Source: Syntrophaceae bacterium UBA2280
GTDB lineage: Bacteria > Desulfobacterota > Syntrophia > Syntrophales > Smithellaceae
Direction: 5' to 3'
Length of the DNA: 64,000 nt
NCBI GenBank assembly: GCA_002347685.1
Contig: DDWS01000013.1
Location: 146,472-210,471, forward strand
Position numbers and translations under genes: made by a program
Notes under the pieces: model-generated
Seen by the model: the letters and a program-made list of their open reading frames with translations, nothing else
What the model was told of the DNA's origin: nothing
Database searches by the model: none
Shown here: positions 18,662-28,602 of the stretch, one piece after another
How the letters are laid out: each line of letters starts with the position of its first letter
How positions within the stretch are numbered: the stretch's first letter is position 1

Positions 18662-19797
18662 AAGTCAGACTTTTTCAACCTTCCGTGGGACAAGAGGAGC
18701 TAAATGCCATCCAGGAAGCTTTTAATGATGCCTGGATTGGCCTTGGGCCGAAAGTAACGGAATTTGAAAATGCATGGCGCAATTTTATCGGCTGTAGACA
18801 TGCCGTGGGCATGAATTCGGCTACCGCGGCCTTACATCTGGCCTTGGCCGTCTATCGCTTCCCTAGGGGCAAGAAAGTCCTTATCCCCGCGGTAACATTT
18901 GTCGCCACCGCAACCGCCGCCTTGTATTGCGGTTTGCAACCGGTGTTTGTGGACGTTCGCGAAGACACCCTGGGCATGGATTTGGATGATCTCGAGCGTA
19001 AAATTGATCCGGATTGCGTGGCGGTAATGCCTGTGCATCTCTGCGGGCATCCCGTCGAAATGGACAGGCTGCTTGCTATCGCTCATAAAAACAGTCTCAA
19101 AGTAATTGAAGACTGTGCGCATACTGCGGGCGGTATATACAAAGGAAAAACTTTGGGTACCTGGGGAAATATCGGCTGCTTTTCATTTGAAGAAAAAAAG
19201 TGCATGACCACAGGCGACGGGGGAATGTTTTGCACGGATGACGAGGAATTGGTGGCTCCCGTTCGCGCCATGCGCTGGGTCGGTATCGATAAAGACACAT
19301 GGAAACGAAACGTCGGCTACACCTGTGAAGGCATCGAAGACCGCCACTGGTATTATGAGATTTCCTTGCTGGGATACAAGTACAACATGAATGACCTGGC
19401 AGCCTCCATTGGTCTGGTCCAGCTGCGAAAACTGCCAGAGATGAACGCGAGAAGAACCGCAATCATCGCTCGCTACCTGGATGGAATTGAGCACCTTGAA
19501 CATATCAGGCCACTTATCCCCTATGATTTATCCGGCGGAAATGTTTACCACATATTTGGAGTGCGGACTGACGCCAATAACCGCGACAATCTGATGCGCT
19601 ATTTAAAACAGCATGAAATTTCCACAGGCCTACACTACACGCCGCTGACACTCCATCCTCTTTTCCGCGCTCACAAAGAGGCAGTACCAAACGCACTATC
19701 GGTTTATCATCAAATTATGACTCTTCCGCTTCATGCGGCTTTGACCGACCAAGAAGTCGATTATGTCATCGACGCAATTTGTAGATGGAGCAAATGA
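18658..19797 (+). CDS. DegT/DnrJ/EryC1/StrS family sugar aminotransferase
   Basis: The family pattern is present (AVGMNSATAALHLAL, FSFEEKKCMTTGDGGM). There is an ATGA overlap with the upstream stop. Confidence 0.9.
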   Translation: MKVRLFQPSVGQEELNAIQEAFNDAWIGLGPKVTEFENAWRNFIGCRHAVGMNSATAALHLALAVYRFPRGKKVLIPAVTFVATATAALYCGLQPVFVDVREDTLGMDLDDLERKIDPDCVAVMPVHLCGHPVEMDRLLAIAHKNSLKVIEDCAHTAGGIYKGKTLGTWGNIGCFSFEEKKCMTTGDGGMFCTDDEELVAPVRAMRWVGIDKDTWKRNVGYTCEGIEDRHWYYEISLLGYKYNMNDLAASIGLVQLRKLPEMNARRTAIIARYLDGIEHLEHIRPLIPYDLSGGNVYHIFGVRTDANNRDNLMRYLKQHEISTGLHYTPLTLHPLFRAHKEAVPNALSVYHQIMTLPLHAALTDQEVDYVIDAICRWSK

Positions 19798-19836
19798 CAG
19801 CTGTCTTAAAAGATCCGAAAAAATGAGAAAAATATC

Positions 19837-20484
19837 ATGAAACAAAAACCGTCCATAAACCCAATTTCATCGATCCTGAAAAATCATTACGAAAAGAGTT
19901 TCGAAAAATTCGGCCCAAGTTCTGCTGGCGTTGATTGGGGACAGGACAAAACCAGAATGCTTATAAGATATAATAATATGTTGGATCTTGTGGAAAAACC
20001 GCAAGCACGCAAAAAGCAGTCTCTTCTGGATGTGGGTTGCGGTTTCGGCGGTCTGGCAGCTTATGCGCGCCAAAAAGACATCGCTTTAAATTATACCGGG
20101 ATTGACGTTGCAACAAACATGATCCGGTGGGCTAAAAAAAATATTAAGCAGTCAAAATTTATCGAAGACGATTTTCTCGCGCACGATTTTTCCGGAGCAA
20201 CTTACGATTATATCATCTGTAATGGTATACTGACTCAAAAGCTGGATTGCAGTCTGCGCGAAATGGATGTGTTTGCCAAAGCCTTGATTCATAAAATGTA
20301 TAGCTTGTGTAAAAAGGGCATCGCTTTCAATATCATGACGACCTATGTTAATTTTTTTGCTCCCAATCTTTATTACAAGCATCCGGCCGAATTACTTTCT
20401 TATTGCCTGTCCGAATTGAGCACGAAGGTAAAAATCGATCACGCGTACGGGCTTTATGAATTCACCGTATATGTGTACAGATGA
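19837..20484 (+). CDS. Class I SAM-dependent methyltransferase
   Basis: 215 aa, with motif I LLDVGCGFGGLAAYA. Confidence 0.7.
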   Translation: MKQKPSINPISSILKNHYEKSFEKFGPSSAGVDWGQDKTRMLIRYNNMLDLVEKPQARKKQSLLDVGCGFGGLAAYARQKDIALNYTGIDVATNMIRWAKKNIKQSKFIEDDFLAHDFSGATYDYIICNGILTQKLDCSLREMDVFAKALIHKMYSLCKKGIAFNIMTTYVNFFAPNLYYKHPAELLSYCLSELSTKVKIDHAYGLYEFTVYVYR

Positions 20485-20492
20485 GGAATGAC

Positions 20493-21143
20493 ATGGCAGA
20501 CATCATTATTTACGGAACCGGCCTTATTGCCGAAGTTGCGCATTTCTATTTCACACACGATACCGGACGGCACATCGCATGCTTTACAAATGCCGGCTCA
20601 TTTATTAAAGAATCCACCCTTCTCAATCTGCCTGTGGTGCCTTTTGAAAATATTGAGGCGCTTTTCCCTCCCGAGCACTACGACATGTTTATCGCAATCG
20701 GTTATACCAAAACGAATCAAATTCGTCAGCAGAGATACGCGGAGGCAAAAGCAAAGGGCTATCGGCTTGTAACCTATATAAGCTCACGGGCGGCATATTA
20801 CGCAACGCCGGTAGGCGACAATTGTCTCATCCTGGAAAATAACGTGATCCAGCCATACGTGACCATCGGCAACAATGTCACCTTATGGTCGGGCAATCAC
20901 ATTGGACATCATTCAGTCATTGAAGACCATTGTTTTATCAGCTCTCATGTCGTCGTCTCGGGATCCTGTTATATTGAAGAAAACTGTTTTCTGGGTGTCA
21001 ACAGCACATTAAGGGACAATGTAAGAATCGGAAAACTGTCCGTCATAGGTTCCGGAGCGACCGTTATGAAAAATTGCGGTGAACGGTCCCTGGTTCAGCC
21101 GGCAAAATCAAGGCATGAAATCATAGAAAAAGACATAATCTGA
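20493..21143 (+). CDS. NeuD/PglB/VioB-type sugar N-acetyltransferase (left-handed beta-helix)
   Basis: The N-terminus is IIIYGTGLIAEVA and the C-terminus carries hexapeptide repeats (IGNNVTLWSGNHIGHHSVIEDHCFISSHVVVSG). The start may be 20481 or 20493. Confidence 0.8.
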   Translation: MADIIIYGTGLIAEVAHFYFTHDTGRHIACFTNAGSFIKESTLLNLPVVPFENIEALFPPEHYDMFIAIGYTKTNQIRQQRYAEAKAKGYRLVTYISSRAAYYATPVGDNCLILENNVIQPYVTIGNNVTLWSGNHIGHHSVIEDHCFISSHVVVSGSCYIEENCFLGVNSTLRDNVRIGKLSVIGSGATVMKNCGERSLVQPAKSRHEIIEKDII

Positions 21144-21150
21144 AGGAAAG

Positions 21151-22110
21151 ATGCAAAGTCGGGATCAGCTGATGAATATGAAGTGGAAAAAAAAGGGGCA
21201 AATCTTTGTTCCGCCAGGTAACGGATTTTTCAAGACTCACGTAACCCGTTCAATACCTTATCGTATCGATCCTTCAACATTACGCATTTATTTTTCATCG
21301 CGCAGCAGCGAAGACATCCCATACCCTACCTTCATAGACGTTGACCCCGCATGTCCAGATAGGATATTACATATCAACGCAACTCCAATGATGGACTTGG
21401 GCAGAACCGGAACTTTTGACGACTCGGGTATCACGCCAACATGTATTCTGAAGCATAAAAATCAAGTAATGATGTATTATGTCGGATGGAAAAGGCGTCG
21501 CTACGGTGTTACCATTGAAGCATCCATCGGGCTTGCAATTTTAACCGACCACGGCACCAAGTTAAAAAGATGTTTTGAAGGCCCTATTATAGGTCAGGAT
21601 AAAAATCATCCCATCATGACGGCGGCACCTTTCGTTTTGTTTGACAATCGCAGATACAGAATGTGGTATTGTTCCGCTACAGAATGGAGGCAATGCAGCG
21701 GATCACCCGAACCCATTTATACCGTATGCTACGCTGAATCGGAAAACGGAATAGATTGGAAACCGCTAAGAAAACCTATTATACAAAACAGATTTGATGG
21801 CGAAGTTGTTTCTGCGCCATGGGTAATCAAGGCAGGCAACATTTATCACATGTGGTATTCAACGCGAGGTTCCGCGACAAACGAAGATAAGAAGTTCGTC
21901 ATTGGTTACGCAAAATCCCCTGATGGCGTCAAGTGGCGGCGCCTTGACAGCCAAGCGGGAATTGAGCGGTCGGAAGACGGATGGGATTCCGAAATGATTT
22001 GTTATCCTTCATTCTTTACCCATAAGGATATTACCTATATGTTTTACTCCGGCAACAATGTCGGGAAAGGCGGGCTCGGCTACGCCGAGACGAAAAATTT
22101 TCTATTGTGA
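21151..22110 (+). CDS. Uncharacterised beta-propeller-like protein (GH32/43/130-like fold suspected) of polysaccharide clusters
   Basis: 319 aa. Repeated W/Y-rich blade-like segments are present (MMYYVGW, YRMWYCS, YHMWYST, YMFYSG). The family assignment is tentative. Confidence 0.4.
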   Translation: MQSRDQLMNMKWKKKGQIFVPPGNGFFKTHVTRSIPYRIDPSTLRIYFSSRSSEDIPYPTFIDVDPACPDRILHINATPMMDLGRTGTFDDSGITPTCILKHKNQVMMYYVGWKRRRYGVTIEASIGLAILTDHGTKLKRCFEGPIIGQDKNHPIMTAAPFVLFDNRRYRMWYCSATEWRQCSGSPEPIYTVCYAESENGIDWKPLRKPIIQNRFDGEVVSAPWVIKAGNIYHMWYSTRGSATNEDKKFVIGYAKSPDGVKWRRLDSQAGIERSEDGWDSEMICYPSFFTHKDITYMFYSGNNVGKGGLGYAETKNFLL

Positions 22111-22121
22111 GGAAGTAACCG

Positions 22122-22847
22122 ATGTCCGTCACCATCGTTATATTGCAACCGATGTTTATTCCCTGGTTGGGTTTATTTGAGCAAATCCGGTTATCCGATA
22201 TTTACGTGCATTACGACGATGTGCAATTGCCACAGGGCCGGAGTTTTACAACGCGCGTGCAGATTAAAACATCCGCCGGTATCACATGGCTGACTGCGCC
22301 GGTCGATCGAACGCATTCGGGTGCCATGATCAACGAAACTTGCCTGGTTCAGGATAACAATTGGCGTATCAAACATCTTAAAAGCTTAAAGCAGTGGTAC
22401 GCACGCGCGCCTTTTGTTGACACGATGATGGAAATAGCAAATCAGATATACGCTTTCGATTCAAACAATCTTGCTTTATTTAATCTTCACGCCATTGAAT
22501 TAGTCACTGCATGGCTTGGCTTAAAGACTCGTTTTTCGAGCTCATCGGAGTTGGGAATAGCAGGATCAAGCACCAGGCGCCTGGTGGATATTTGTCAGTA
22601 TTACAAAGCGGATACATATGTGACCGGATTGGGTGCGCTTCATTATCTCGATTATGAACAGTTTGAGAGTTACGGCATATCGGTCAGATACATGGACTAT
22701 GAAAAAAGGACCTATCCCCAGTTACATGGAACCTTCACGCCTTTTGTCTCCATTCTGGATACCATAGCCAATTGCGGCAGGAAGACCGAAGAATTAATCC
22801 GTTCCGGGGCAATTTACTGGAAAGACTTCCTGTTGCGCGGGCAATAG
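22122..22847 (+). CDS. WbqC-family protein
   Basis: 241 aa. The N-terminus ILQPMFIPWLGLFEQIRLSDIYVHYDDVQ is characteristic of WbqC-like proteins. Confidence 0.75.
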   Translation: MSVTIVILQPMFIPWLGLFEQIRLSDIYVHYDDVQLPQGRSFTTRVQIKTSAGITWLTAPVDRTHSGAMINETCLVQDNNWRIKHLKSLKQWYARAPFVDTMMEIANQIYAFDSNNLALFNLHAIELVTAWLGLKTRFSSSSELGIAGSSTRRLVDICQYYKADTYVTGLGALHYLDYEQFESYGISVRYMDYEKRTYPQLHGTFTPFVSILDTIANCGRKTEELIRSGAIYWKDFLLRGQ

Positions 22848-22908
22848 ACAATTTTAGGGAGTGCCAGATAAAGAATCTCTATTTCCATCATAGCGCTCAG
22901 GGGGAACA

Positions 22909-24150
22909 ATGAATCAGGAAAACAAGCAGCAATTAACGCTGCTGAACACAATCAGCGATGCCGTTGAATACATTAAAATCAAACCCGAAGCCGAACAACA
23001 CCTGTATCAACGCCTTAAAGAAGCTTTTCTGGCTATTGGCTTACCCACCCGAAATCGCATGATTGAACTCCTGGACACGCTTCCGACGAACAGGTCGCAG
23101 CTGGATGAATTTGCAAAGCTCTTTGATAAGTGGCTGGACTTAAACATCATTGCCTTATCCAATCGCATCAGGACATCGGATTCCTATAAAAAAGGGCTTT
23201 ATGGCGCCGATAGAAAATTTAATGAATTAATCAGCCTGATTAACGGAAGTCATGCACAGACGCTTATCACCCACGCGATGGACTGTCTGCAAAAAATCAG
23301 GGACGAAAACCCGCCTCTCTATGAATTTCTCACCGTCGGATATCGCGGCTGGTATTTCGAAAACAACTGGCTAGATGGAATCGGCGGTAAAAATAATTCT
23401 CTCATAAACAACAGAATAACGACTTTAAAGAACAACATATCCAAATTCGAATGGTTCTACGACCACTTGGAAGATAACCTGTCAAAGCGATCTCTCAACG
23501 CCCTTATAAACAATTGGTTGACCTTTTCGATGAATGAGGCTCTCGATGTTTCGCTGTATGCATCGCACAATGTCGTGGCCAACACGGACATTTTTCCTCT
23601 TTATGAAAATGAGGTCTTTGTTGATTGCGGCGCTTACGTCGGAGACACCGTGGCCGATTTCGTCAACGAGTTCAACAGAGGCTATCGAAATATCTACACC
23701 TACGAGATTTCAGCGCCAACCGTCGACATTATGAAAAAGCATCTCCAAAACCTCCGGAATGTCATTTACAATGTGAAAGGCGTAGCGGATCAGAAAGGGG
23801 AATTAAGTCTTGCAGGCGTTGATGGACCTTTTCTCGGCAACCGGCTGGTAGAAGGCAAAGGAATTAAAAAGGTCCCTATCGTTAAGCTTGACGATGATAT
23901 TCAGGAACCGATTACGTTTCTCAAAATTGACGTCGAAGGATTGGATAAACAGGCTATCCTCGGCGCAAAAGAACAGATCGCCCAGCATCATCCCAAAATG
24001 CATATCGATACTTATCATAAACTGGCCGACGTGGTTGATGTGCCACTATTGGTTCACAGCATTGATCCAACCTACAGGTTTTATCTGAGGCTGACGAACT
24101 CCACCGAAAATAAAATGATGTTCGCAATTTCTTGTATTTATCCAATATGA
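22909..24150 (+). CDS. FkbM-family methyltransferase with an N-terminal extension of unknown function
   Basis: The C-terminal half carries FVDCGAYVGDT ... FLKIDVEGLD (FkbM motifs). The N-terminal roughly 200 aa are unassigned. Confidence 0.7.
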   Translation: MNQENKQQLTLLNTISDAVEYIKIKPEAEQHLYQRLKEAFLAIGLPTRNRMIELLDTLPTNRSQLDEFAKLFDKWLDLNIIALSNRIRTSDSYKKGLYGADRKFNELISLINGSHAQTLITHAMDCLQKIRDENPPLYEFLTVGYRGWYFENNWLDGIGGKNNSLINNRITTLKNNISKFEWFYDHLEDNLSKRSLNALINNWLTFSMNEALDVSLYASHNVVANTDIFPLYENEVFVDCGAYVGDTVADFVNEFNRGYRNIYTYEISAPTVDIMKKHLQNLRNVIYNVKGVADQKGELSLAGVDGPFLGNRLVEGKGIKKVPIVKLDDDIQEPITFLKIDVEGLDKQAILGAKEQIAQHHPKMHIDTYHKLADVVDVPLLVHSIDPTYRFYLRLTNSTENKMMFAISCIYPI

Positions 24151-24162
24151 GGGGGTTTTTCT

Positions 24163-27100
24163 ATGCGGTTTTCTATTTGTTTGGTCGAACCCGATGGGTA
24201 TCGGTTCTCACACTTTCTTTATGATACATGCAAATACCTTTGCTATACGATTGAAGCAAACGGCTTTGATTGTTGCATGGTCAAGAATAAATTCTTCCAG
24301 GATCGAATCAATCTTATCTTAGGCGCACACAATCTCAAAGATCCCAACGTCGTCAACATAATCCGGCGGGCGGGAAAATACATCATCATTCAATCCGAAG
24401 TTCTCACAGAAAACGGGATAGCAGGCTGGAACAACCAAGCATCTTTTACCGACGTTTATCTGCCACTAATGCTGCATGCATACGCTGTATGGGATGGCAT
24501 GGAATCCAATCAGACATACATGCAGAGGGCCGGAATCAGCGCGGATATAATTCCTCATTTCGGCTACCTTTCTGCATTGAAGGAGGTGATACCCAAAAAA
24601 AGCAAAGATATAGACTTTTTATATTATGGTTCCCTGACGCCACACAGAAAAAAGATGATAGACGAACTTAAAAAACGCGGGGGCAATGTTGTCTGTATCT
24701 TTGATGAATCTGCAATTTTTCGAAATGATTATATTGCGAGAGCGCGCATTAACTTGGCACCAAGACAGACACCAGAAAACGACCACATGACATCAAGAAT
24801 ATTATATCTGCTGAATAATCAATCAATTGTAGTTGTTGAACGTTGTCGCGACCAAGCATGGGTTGAACATTGTTTTTTATCTGCAGACACCGATAAATGG
24901 GCCGAATTGTGTATGCAGACCTTGCAGCGCTCCGATCTGGATTCACTCGCCGACCAATGCTTTGAGAATTATAAAAAACTCGATATGACAGGGCTGTTCC
25001 GGCCGCTGCTGAAAAAGCTTTGTGATGAACAAGAAATCAGCAAACCAAATATATCAATGACCTCCCAAGAGAAAAAAAGCATTATAGAAAATGATGCCCA
25101 TTCAGATGATCCTGCACCACCGTTCTTAAAAGAAATAAACATACCCGGCCTGACTTCCATCATCATCCTCACGCACAATCGGCTCGAACAAGCCAAAAAA
25201 TGCGTAAAAAGCATTCGCAGGCACACGCCAGAAGCGCATGAGATTATTTTTGTCGATAACGGATCGACCGACGGCACCGTTAAATGGCTGCAAAGTCAGA
25301 TTCGGGAAAATAAGAACTATCAATTGATTGAGAATAGAGAAAACGTTGGCGTGGCAAAGGGCCGCAATCAGGGCATGAATCTATCACAAGGGGAATTTCT
25401 ACTGCTTCTGGATAATGATGTCATCGTCAGTGAAGGCTGGCTATCCGGCATGCAGGAATGCCTGAAGCACGCGCCGGATGCCGGCATTGTCGGACCGATG
25501 ACCAACAGCAAATCTGGTCTTCAGCAGATAGCGGATGAATCTTATCGATCGGTCGATTATCTCGATAAGTACGTGGCAAAGTTTAAAGAGCAATACCGTC
25601 ATCGCCGGATTTCCAGCCGAAACATCACGGGATTCTGCCTGTTGTTCAAGCGCGCCCTGGTGGAGAAGATCGGCCTGCTCGATGAACGCTTTGACACCGG
25701 TCGTTTTGAAGATGAGGATTTCTGCTGGCGCTCGGCGCTGGAGGATTATCGGAACTACATCGCGGGGGATGTTTTTGTCCACCATAACGGAAGTAAAACA
25801 TTGCCGGGTGATCGGAAAATCTTAGAGACAAAGTGGACGCTCAGCATGGCCAGCCCCGAGGGAAAGAAGCTGGCGGTGCTGAGGGCAACAGAGTTGGCCA
25901 ATACCTATTATGTAAAAGGGTATATGGATCAGGCCGTGGAAACACTGGTCAATTGTATAAAATATACGCCGGACGAGCCGCAAATTTATTATGAGCTGAC
26001 CCGTTTTTTCATTGAATCTAAAAAATTTCCCGAAGCAAGGGACGTTGTCGCCTCCATGCCGGAAACGGCGAAAAACCATTTGAGAGGGCTGGAATGCGCA
26101 AGTTATGCCAAAGAGGGCTTAGGGCTGGATGATGAAGCGGCGGCCTTTGCCGATCAGATGTTGTCTCAACACGAAAACAATTCCGCAGCACTGAATCTGA
26201 AAGGCGTTTTGGCATTCAAAGAAGGTAAAAAGGAAAAAGCGCAGGATTTCTTCCAAAAAGCGATCAGCGCCGATCCGGGTTACGCAGAAGCCTATACCAA
26301 CCTGGGTGTTTTGTACTGGGGAATGGAAAATACGGATGCAGCTTTTTCCCATCTGAAAAAAGGGTTTATGCTGTCACCTGCGATTCCTGATGCCAGTTCA
26401 CTTTATTATTCGGTCGTCTCGTCTTTAGGCCGTTTTTCTGAAGCCGAATCGGATTTCAAAGAAGCCTGTCGTCTAAATCCCAACCACAAAAATCTTGCTT
26501 TTCTCCTGATTGATATTCTCATTCAACAGGGCAAGTTTGATGCAGCAATCATCAAGATCGAAGATGCGCTTGCCTTGTTTGGACTCGACGATGGCACTCT
26601 GAAAGCGGCTCTGGCTGTTCGCGAAAAGATCGGCCCGATGGAAATCGAAAAACCGGGCCAAAAAGGATCCTTGTCCATTTGCATGATTGTAAAAAATGAG
26701 GAAAAGCATCTGGTCAGATGCTTAAAAAGCGTCCGGGATGTGGTTGATGAAATGATCATTGTTGATACGGGCTCGACGGATAAAACGGTTAATATCGCAA
26801 AAATATTTGGCGCAAAAATTTACGAATTCCCCTGGACGGGCGATTTTGCCGCAGCCCGTAATGAGTCGCTAAAATATGCGACCGGTGATTGGACGCTAAT
26901 CCTCGACGCCGACGAAGTCATCGCCGAACGTGATTTTGATGAATTGAAAACATCAATCCACAAGCGCTCACCATCAAAAGCCGCCTATTCGATTGCCACA
27001 AGGAATTATACCAACGATATCGGACTGCTCGGGTTTGCACCCAACGATGGAAAGCATTCGGAAGAAGCAGGTGCCGGATGGGTGCCGAGCGCAAAGGTCC

Positions 27101-27927
27101 GTCTGGCACCACGAGGAAAAGATATATTTTTTATCAATCCGGTCCATGAGCTACTGGAGCCATCATTAAAATCAACTAAAATCCCCATCTATCCCAGCAA
27201 GATTATCGTTCATCATTATGGAAAGTTAGACATTCATAAAGACGCTCAAAAGGGCGAAGATTACTATCTGTTAGGAAAAATCAAGTACGAAAGCGATCCG
27301 ACAAACTTGAAAGCTATTTTTGAACTGGCCAAGCAGTCCCATTTGCTCAATAAGTATGACGAGGCCACAGAGCTGTGGCTCAAGCTCCTGGCACTTATAG
27401 AAGCCGACCCTCAATCATCAGGTTTTCAGGAAATTGTCCGGAGTACTCACGGGGATCCCTTGCCGGAAATTTATATTCAGCTTGCCTCGGCCTACTTGCT
27501 GCAGGATCGTTTTGATGAGGCTTTGCAGACAGCAAGCAAAACGCTGGAGGCTAAAGTTAAGCTCAAAGAATATATCAATATTTACGCGTTGTGCGAAATC
27601 ATAGCCGGTTCGTTGGACAAAGCATCTTATGAACTCAAAGAAACCCTTAAAACAGCGCCCGACTACGCGCCCGCACATCTATTGATGGCCGTCATTTCCT
27701 GTTTGAAAGGGGAAAAAGAACAAACGCAGGAACTATTGGGACTATTGCGGCAAAAACAAATCCAGATAACGGGCCACTTAAACAAGCTAGCCAAGCAACT
27801 TTATACTCGCGCGAGGAAGGATGAGGCGTTACTGATTCTCAACGCAACGATTGAAAACAATATAAGCAATGCTGAAACAATCGCGCTGCTTGAGGAATAC
27901 CAGAAAGGGCAACGGAATACTGGTTGA
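24163..27927 (+). CDS. 1254-aa multidomain glycosyltransferase: N-terminal GT-B/CgeB-like domain, GT2 domain, TPR block, second GT2 domain, second TPR block
   Basis: GT2 #1 is TSIIILTHNRLEQAKKCVKSI...FVDNGSTDGT...LLLLDNDV. GT2 #2 is LSICMIVKNEEKHLVRCLKSV...IIVDTGSTDKT...LILDADE. TPR-like repeats lie between and after the two GT2 domains. Confidence 0.75.
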   Translation: MRFSICLVEPDGYRFSHFLYDTCKYLCYTIEANGFDCCMVKNKFFQDRINLILGAHNLKDPNVVNIIRRAGKYIIIQSEVLTENGIAGWNNQASFTDVYLPLMLHAYAVWDGMESNQTYMQRAGISADIIPHFGYLSALKEVIPKKSKDIDFLYYGSLTPHRKKMIDELKKRGGNVVCIFDESAIFRNDYIARARINLAPRQTPENDHMTSRILYLLNNQSIVVVERCRDQAWVEHCFLSADTDKWAELCMQTLQRSDLDSLADQCFENYKKLDMTGLFRPLLKKLCDEQEISKPNISMTSQEKKSIIENDAHSDDPAPPFLKEINIPGLTSIIILTHNRLEQAKKCVKSIRRHTPEAHEIIFVDNGSTDGTVKWLQSQIRENKNYQLIENRENVGVAKGRNQGMNLSQGEFLLLLDNDVIVSEGWLSGMQECLKHAPDAGIVGPMTNSKSGLQQIADESYRSVDYLDKYVAKFKEQYRHRRISSRNITGFCLLFKRALVEKIGLLDERFDTGRFEDEDFCWRSALEDYRNYIAGDVFVHHNGSKTLPGDRKILETKWTLSMASPEGKKLAVLRATELANTYYVKGYMDQAVETLVNCIKYTPDEPQIYYELTRFFIESKKFPEARDVVASMPETAKNHLRGLECASYAKEGLGLDDEAAAFADQMLSQHENNSAALNLKGVLAFKEGKKEKAQDFFQKAISADPGYAEAYTNLGVLYWGMENTDAAFSHLKKGFMLSPAIPDASSLYYSVVSSLGRFSEAESDFKEACRLNPNHKNLAFLLIDILIQQGKFDAAIIKIEDALALFGLDDGTLKAALAVREKIGPMEIEKPGQKGSLSICMIVKNEEKHLVRCLKSVRDVVDEMIIVDTGSTDKTVNIAKIFGAKIYEFPWTGDFAAARNESLKYATGDWTLILDADEVIAERDFDELKTSIHKRSPSKAAYSIATRNYTNDIGLLGFAPNDGKHSEEAGAGWVPSAKVRLAPRGKDIFFINPVHELLEPSLKSTKIPIYPSKIIVHHYGKLDIHKDAQKGEDYYLLGKIKYESDPTNLKAIFELAKQSHLLNKYDEATELWLKLLALIEADPQSSGFQEIVRSTHGDPLPEIYIQLASAYLLQDRFDEALQTASKTLEAKVKLKEYINIYALCEIIAGSLDKASYELKETLKTAPDYAPAHLLMAVISCLKGEKEQTQELLGLLRQKQIQITGHLNKLAKQLYTRARKDEALLILNATIENNISNAETIALLEEYQKGQRNTG

Positions 27928-28015
27928 TCGTGGATGGTGAAGGGACAAAGACGGTTATTCCGAACACATGTGAGGAATCACAGGGCAACGACTTTTATTA
28001 GAAACAAGATGGAAT

Positions 28016-28399
28016 TTAATCCGCCGGACTGCCACGGAGCCCGGCGGCCAGATTCAGGTTGATATCCATAATGATCTTGAGCTTTTCCGGCTGAGGGTCG
28101 GCCATGATCTGAATGATGCGGTTGTCGATAAATACACTGAGCGTCAGGATGCTCTGGCGGATCTCGATCGGAAGCGGATTATCGTCTCTGACCAGTTCCG
28201 ACTGGAGGATGCTCCAGACGACCTGGTTGGTTCTAAGCGCTTCGGCCAAGAGGTCATCACGATCAGGCGTGTCCCAGTTTTTCACGCAATCGGACAAAAG
28301 CAGCGCGCAACGTGTCAGCGCGGCGGCCTCGATGTCTCTCCCCGACATATTATCGGTTTTCTGTGCTGTTCGATAGGCTTCGAGTTCTCTCGGATACAC
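28016..28399 (-). CDS. flaF: Flagellar biosynthesis regulator FlaF, paralog 1
   Basis: 127 aa, with a GTG start. The FlaF pattern is present (AYRTAQ...REIEAAALTRCALLL...NQVVWSILQSEL...NPLPIEIRQSILTLSVF). Confidence 0.75.
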   Translation of the reverse strand: MYPRELEAYRTAQKTDNMSGRDIEAAALTRCALLLSDCVKNWDTPDRDDLLAEALRTNQVVWSILQSELVRDDNPLPIEIRQSILTLSVFIDNRIIQIMADPQPEKLKIIMDINLNLAAGLRGSPAD

Positions 28400-28434
28400 C
28401 GCCCACCCCCTGACCCTTTTTTATGACTATTACT

Positions 28435-28461
28435 TTATCGGTATTTACAAGAGAAACATTA
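28435..28461 (-). promoter_or_regulatory. Sigma-28 (FliA)-type promoter for flaF paralog 1
   Basis: The minus strand reads TAATGTTT-N11-ACCGATAA, against the consensus TAAAGTTT-N11-GCCGATAA. It lies about 36 nt upstream of the GTG start. Confidence 0.55.
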
Positions 28462-28602
28462 AGCCCATGCAACGTAATAGATACTTTCAAGGCTGATCAT
28501 AATCGTCGATAAAACCTGACCAATCTTGATGATACTGGCATTTATCGGATGAATAATGTAGGATAGCAGACACAAAGGCAAACGATATTGCAGAGGAAAA
28601 CT

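Noticed and set aside
28525-28545. A second TTATCGG element (ttatcggatgaataatgtaggatagc) that could be another sigma-28 -10 box on the minus strand.
   Set aside because: The corresponding -35 position reads TGCTATCC and has no resemblance to TAAAGTTT.
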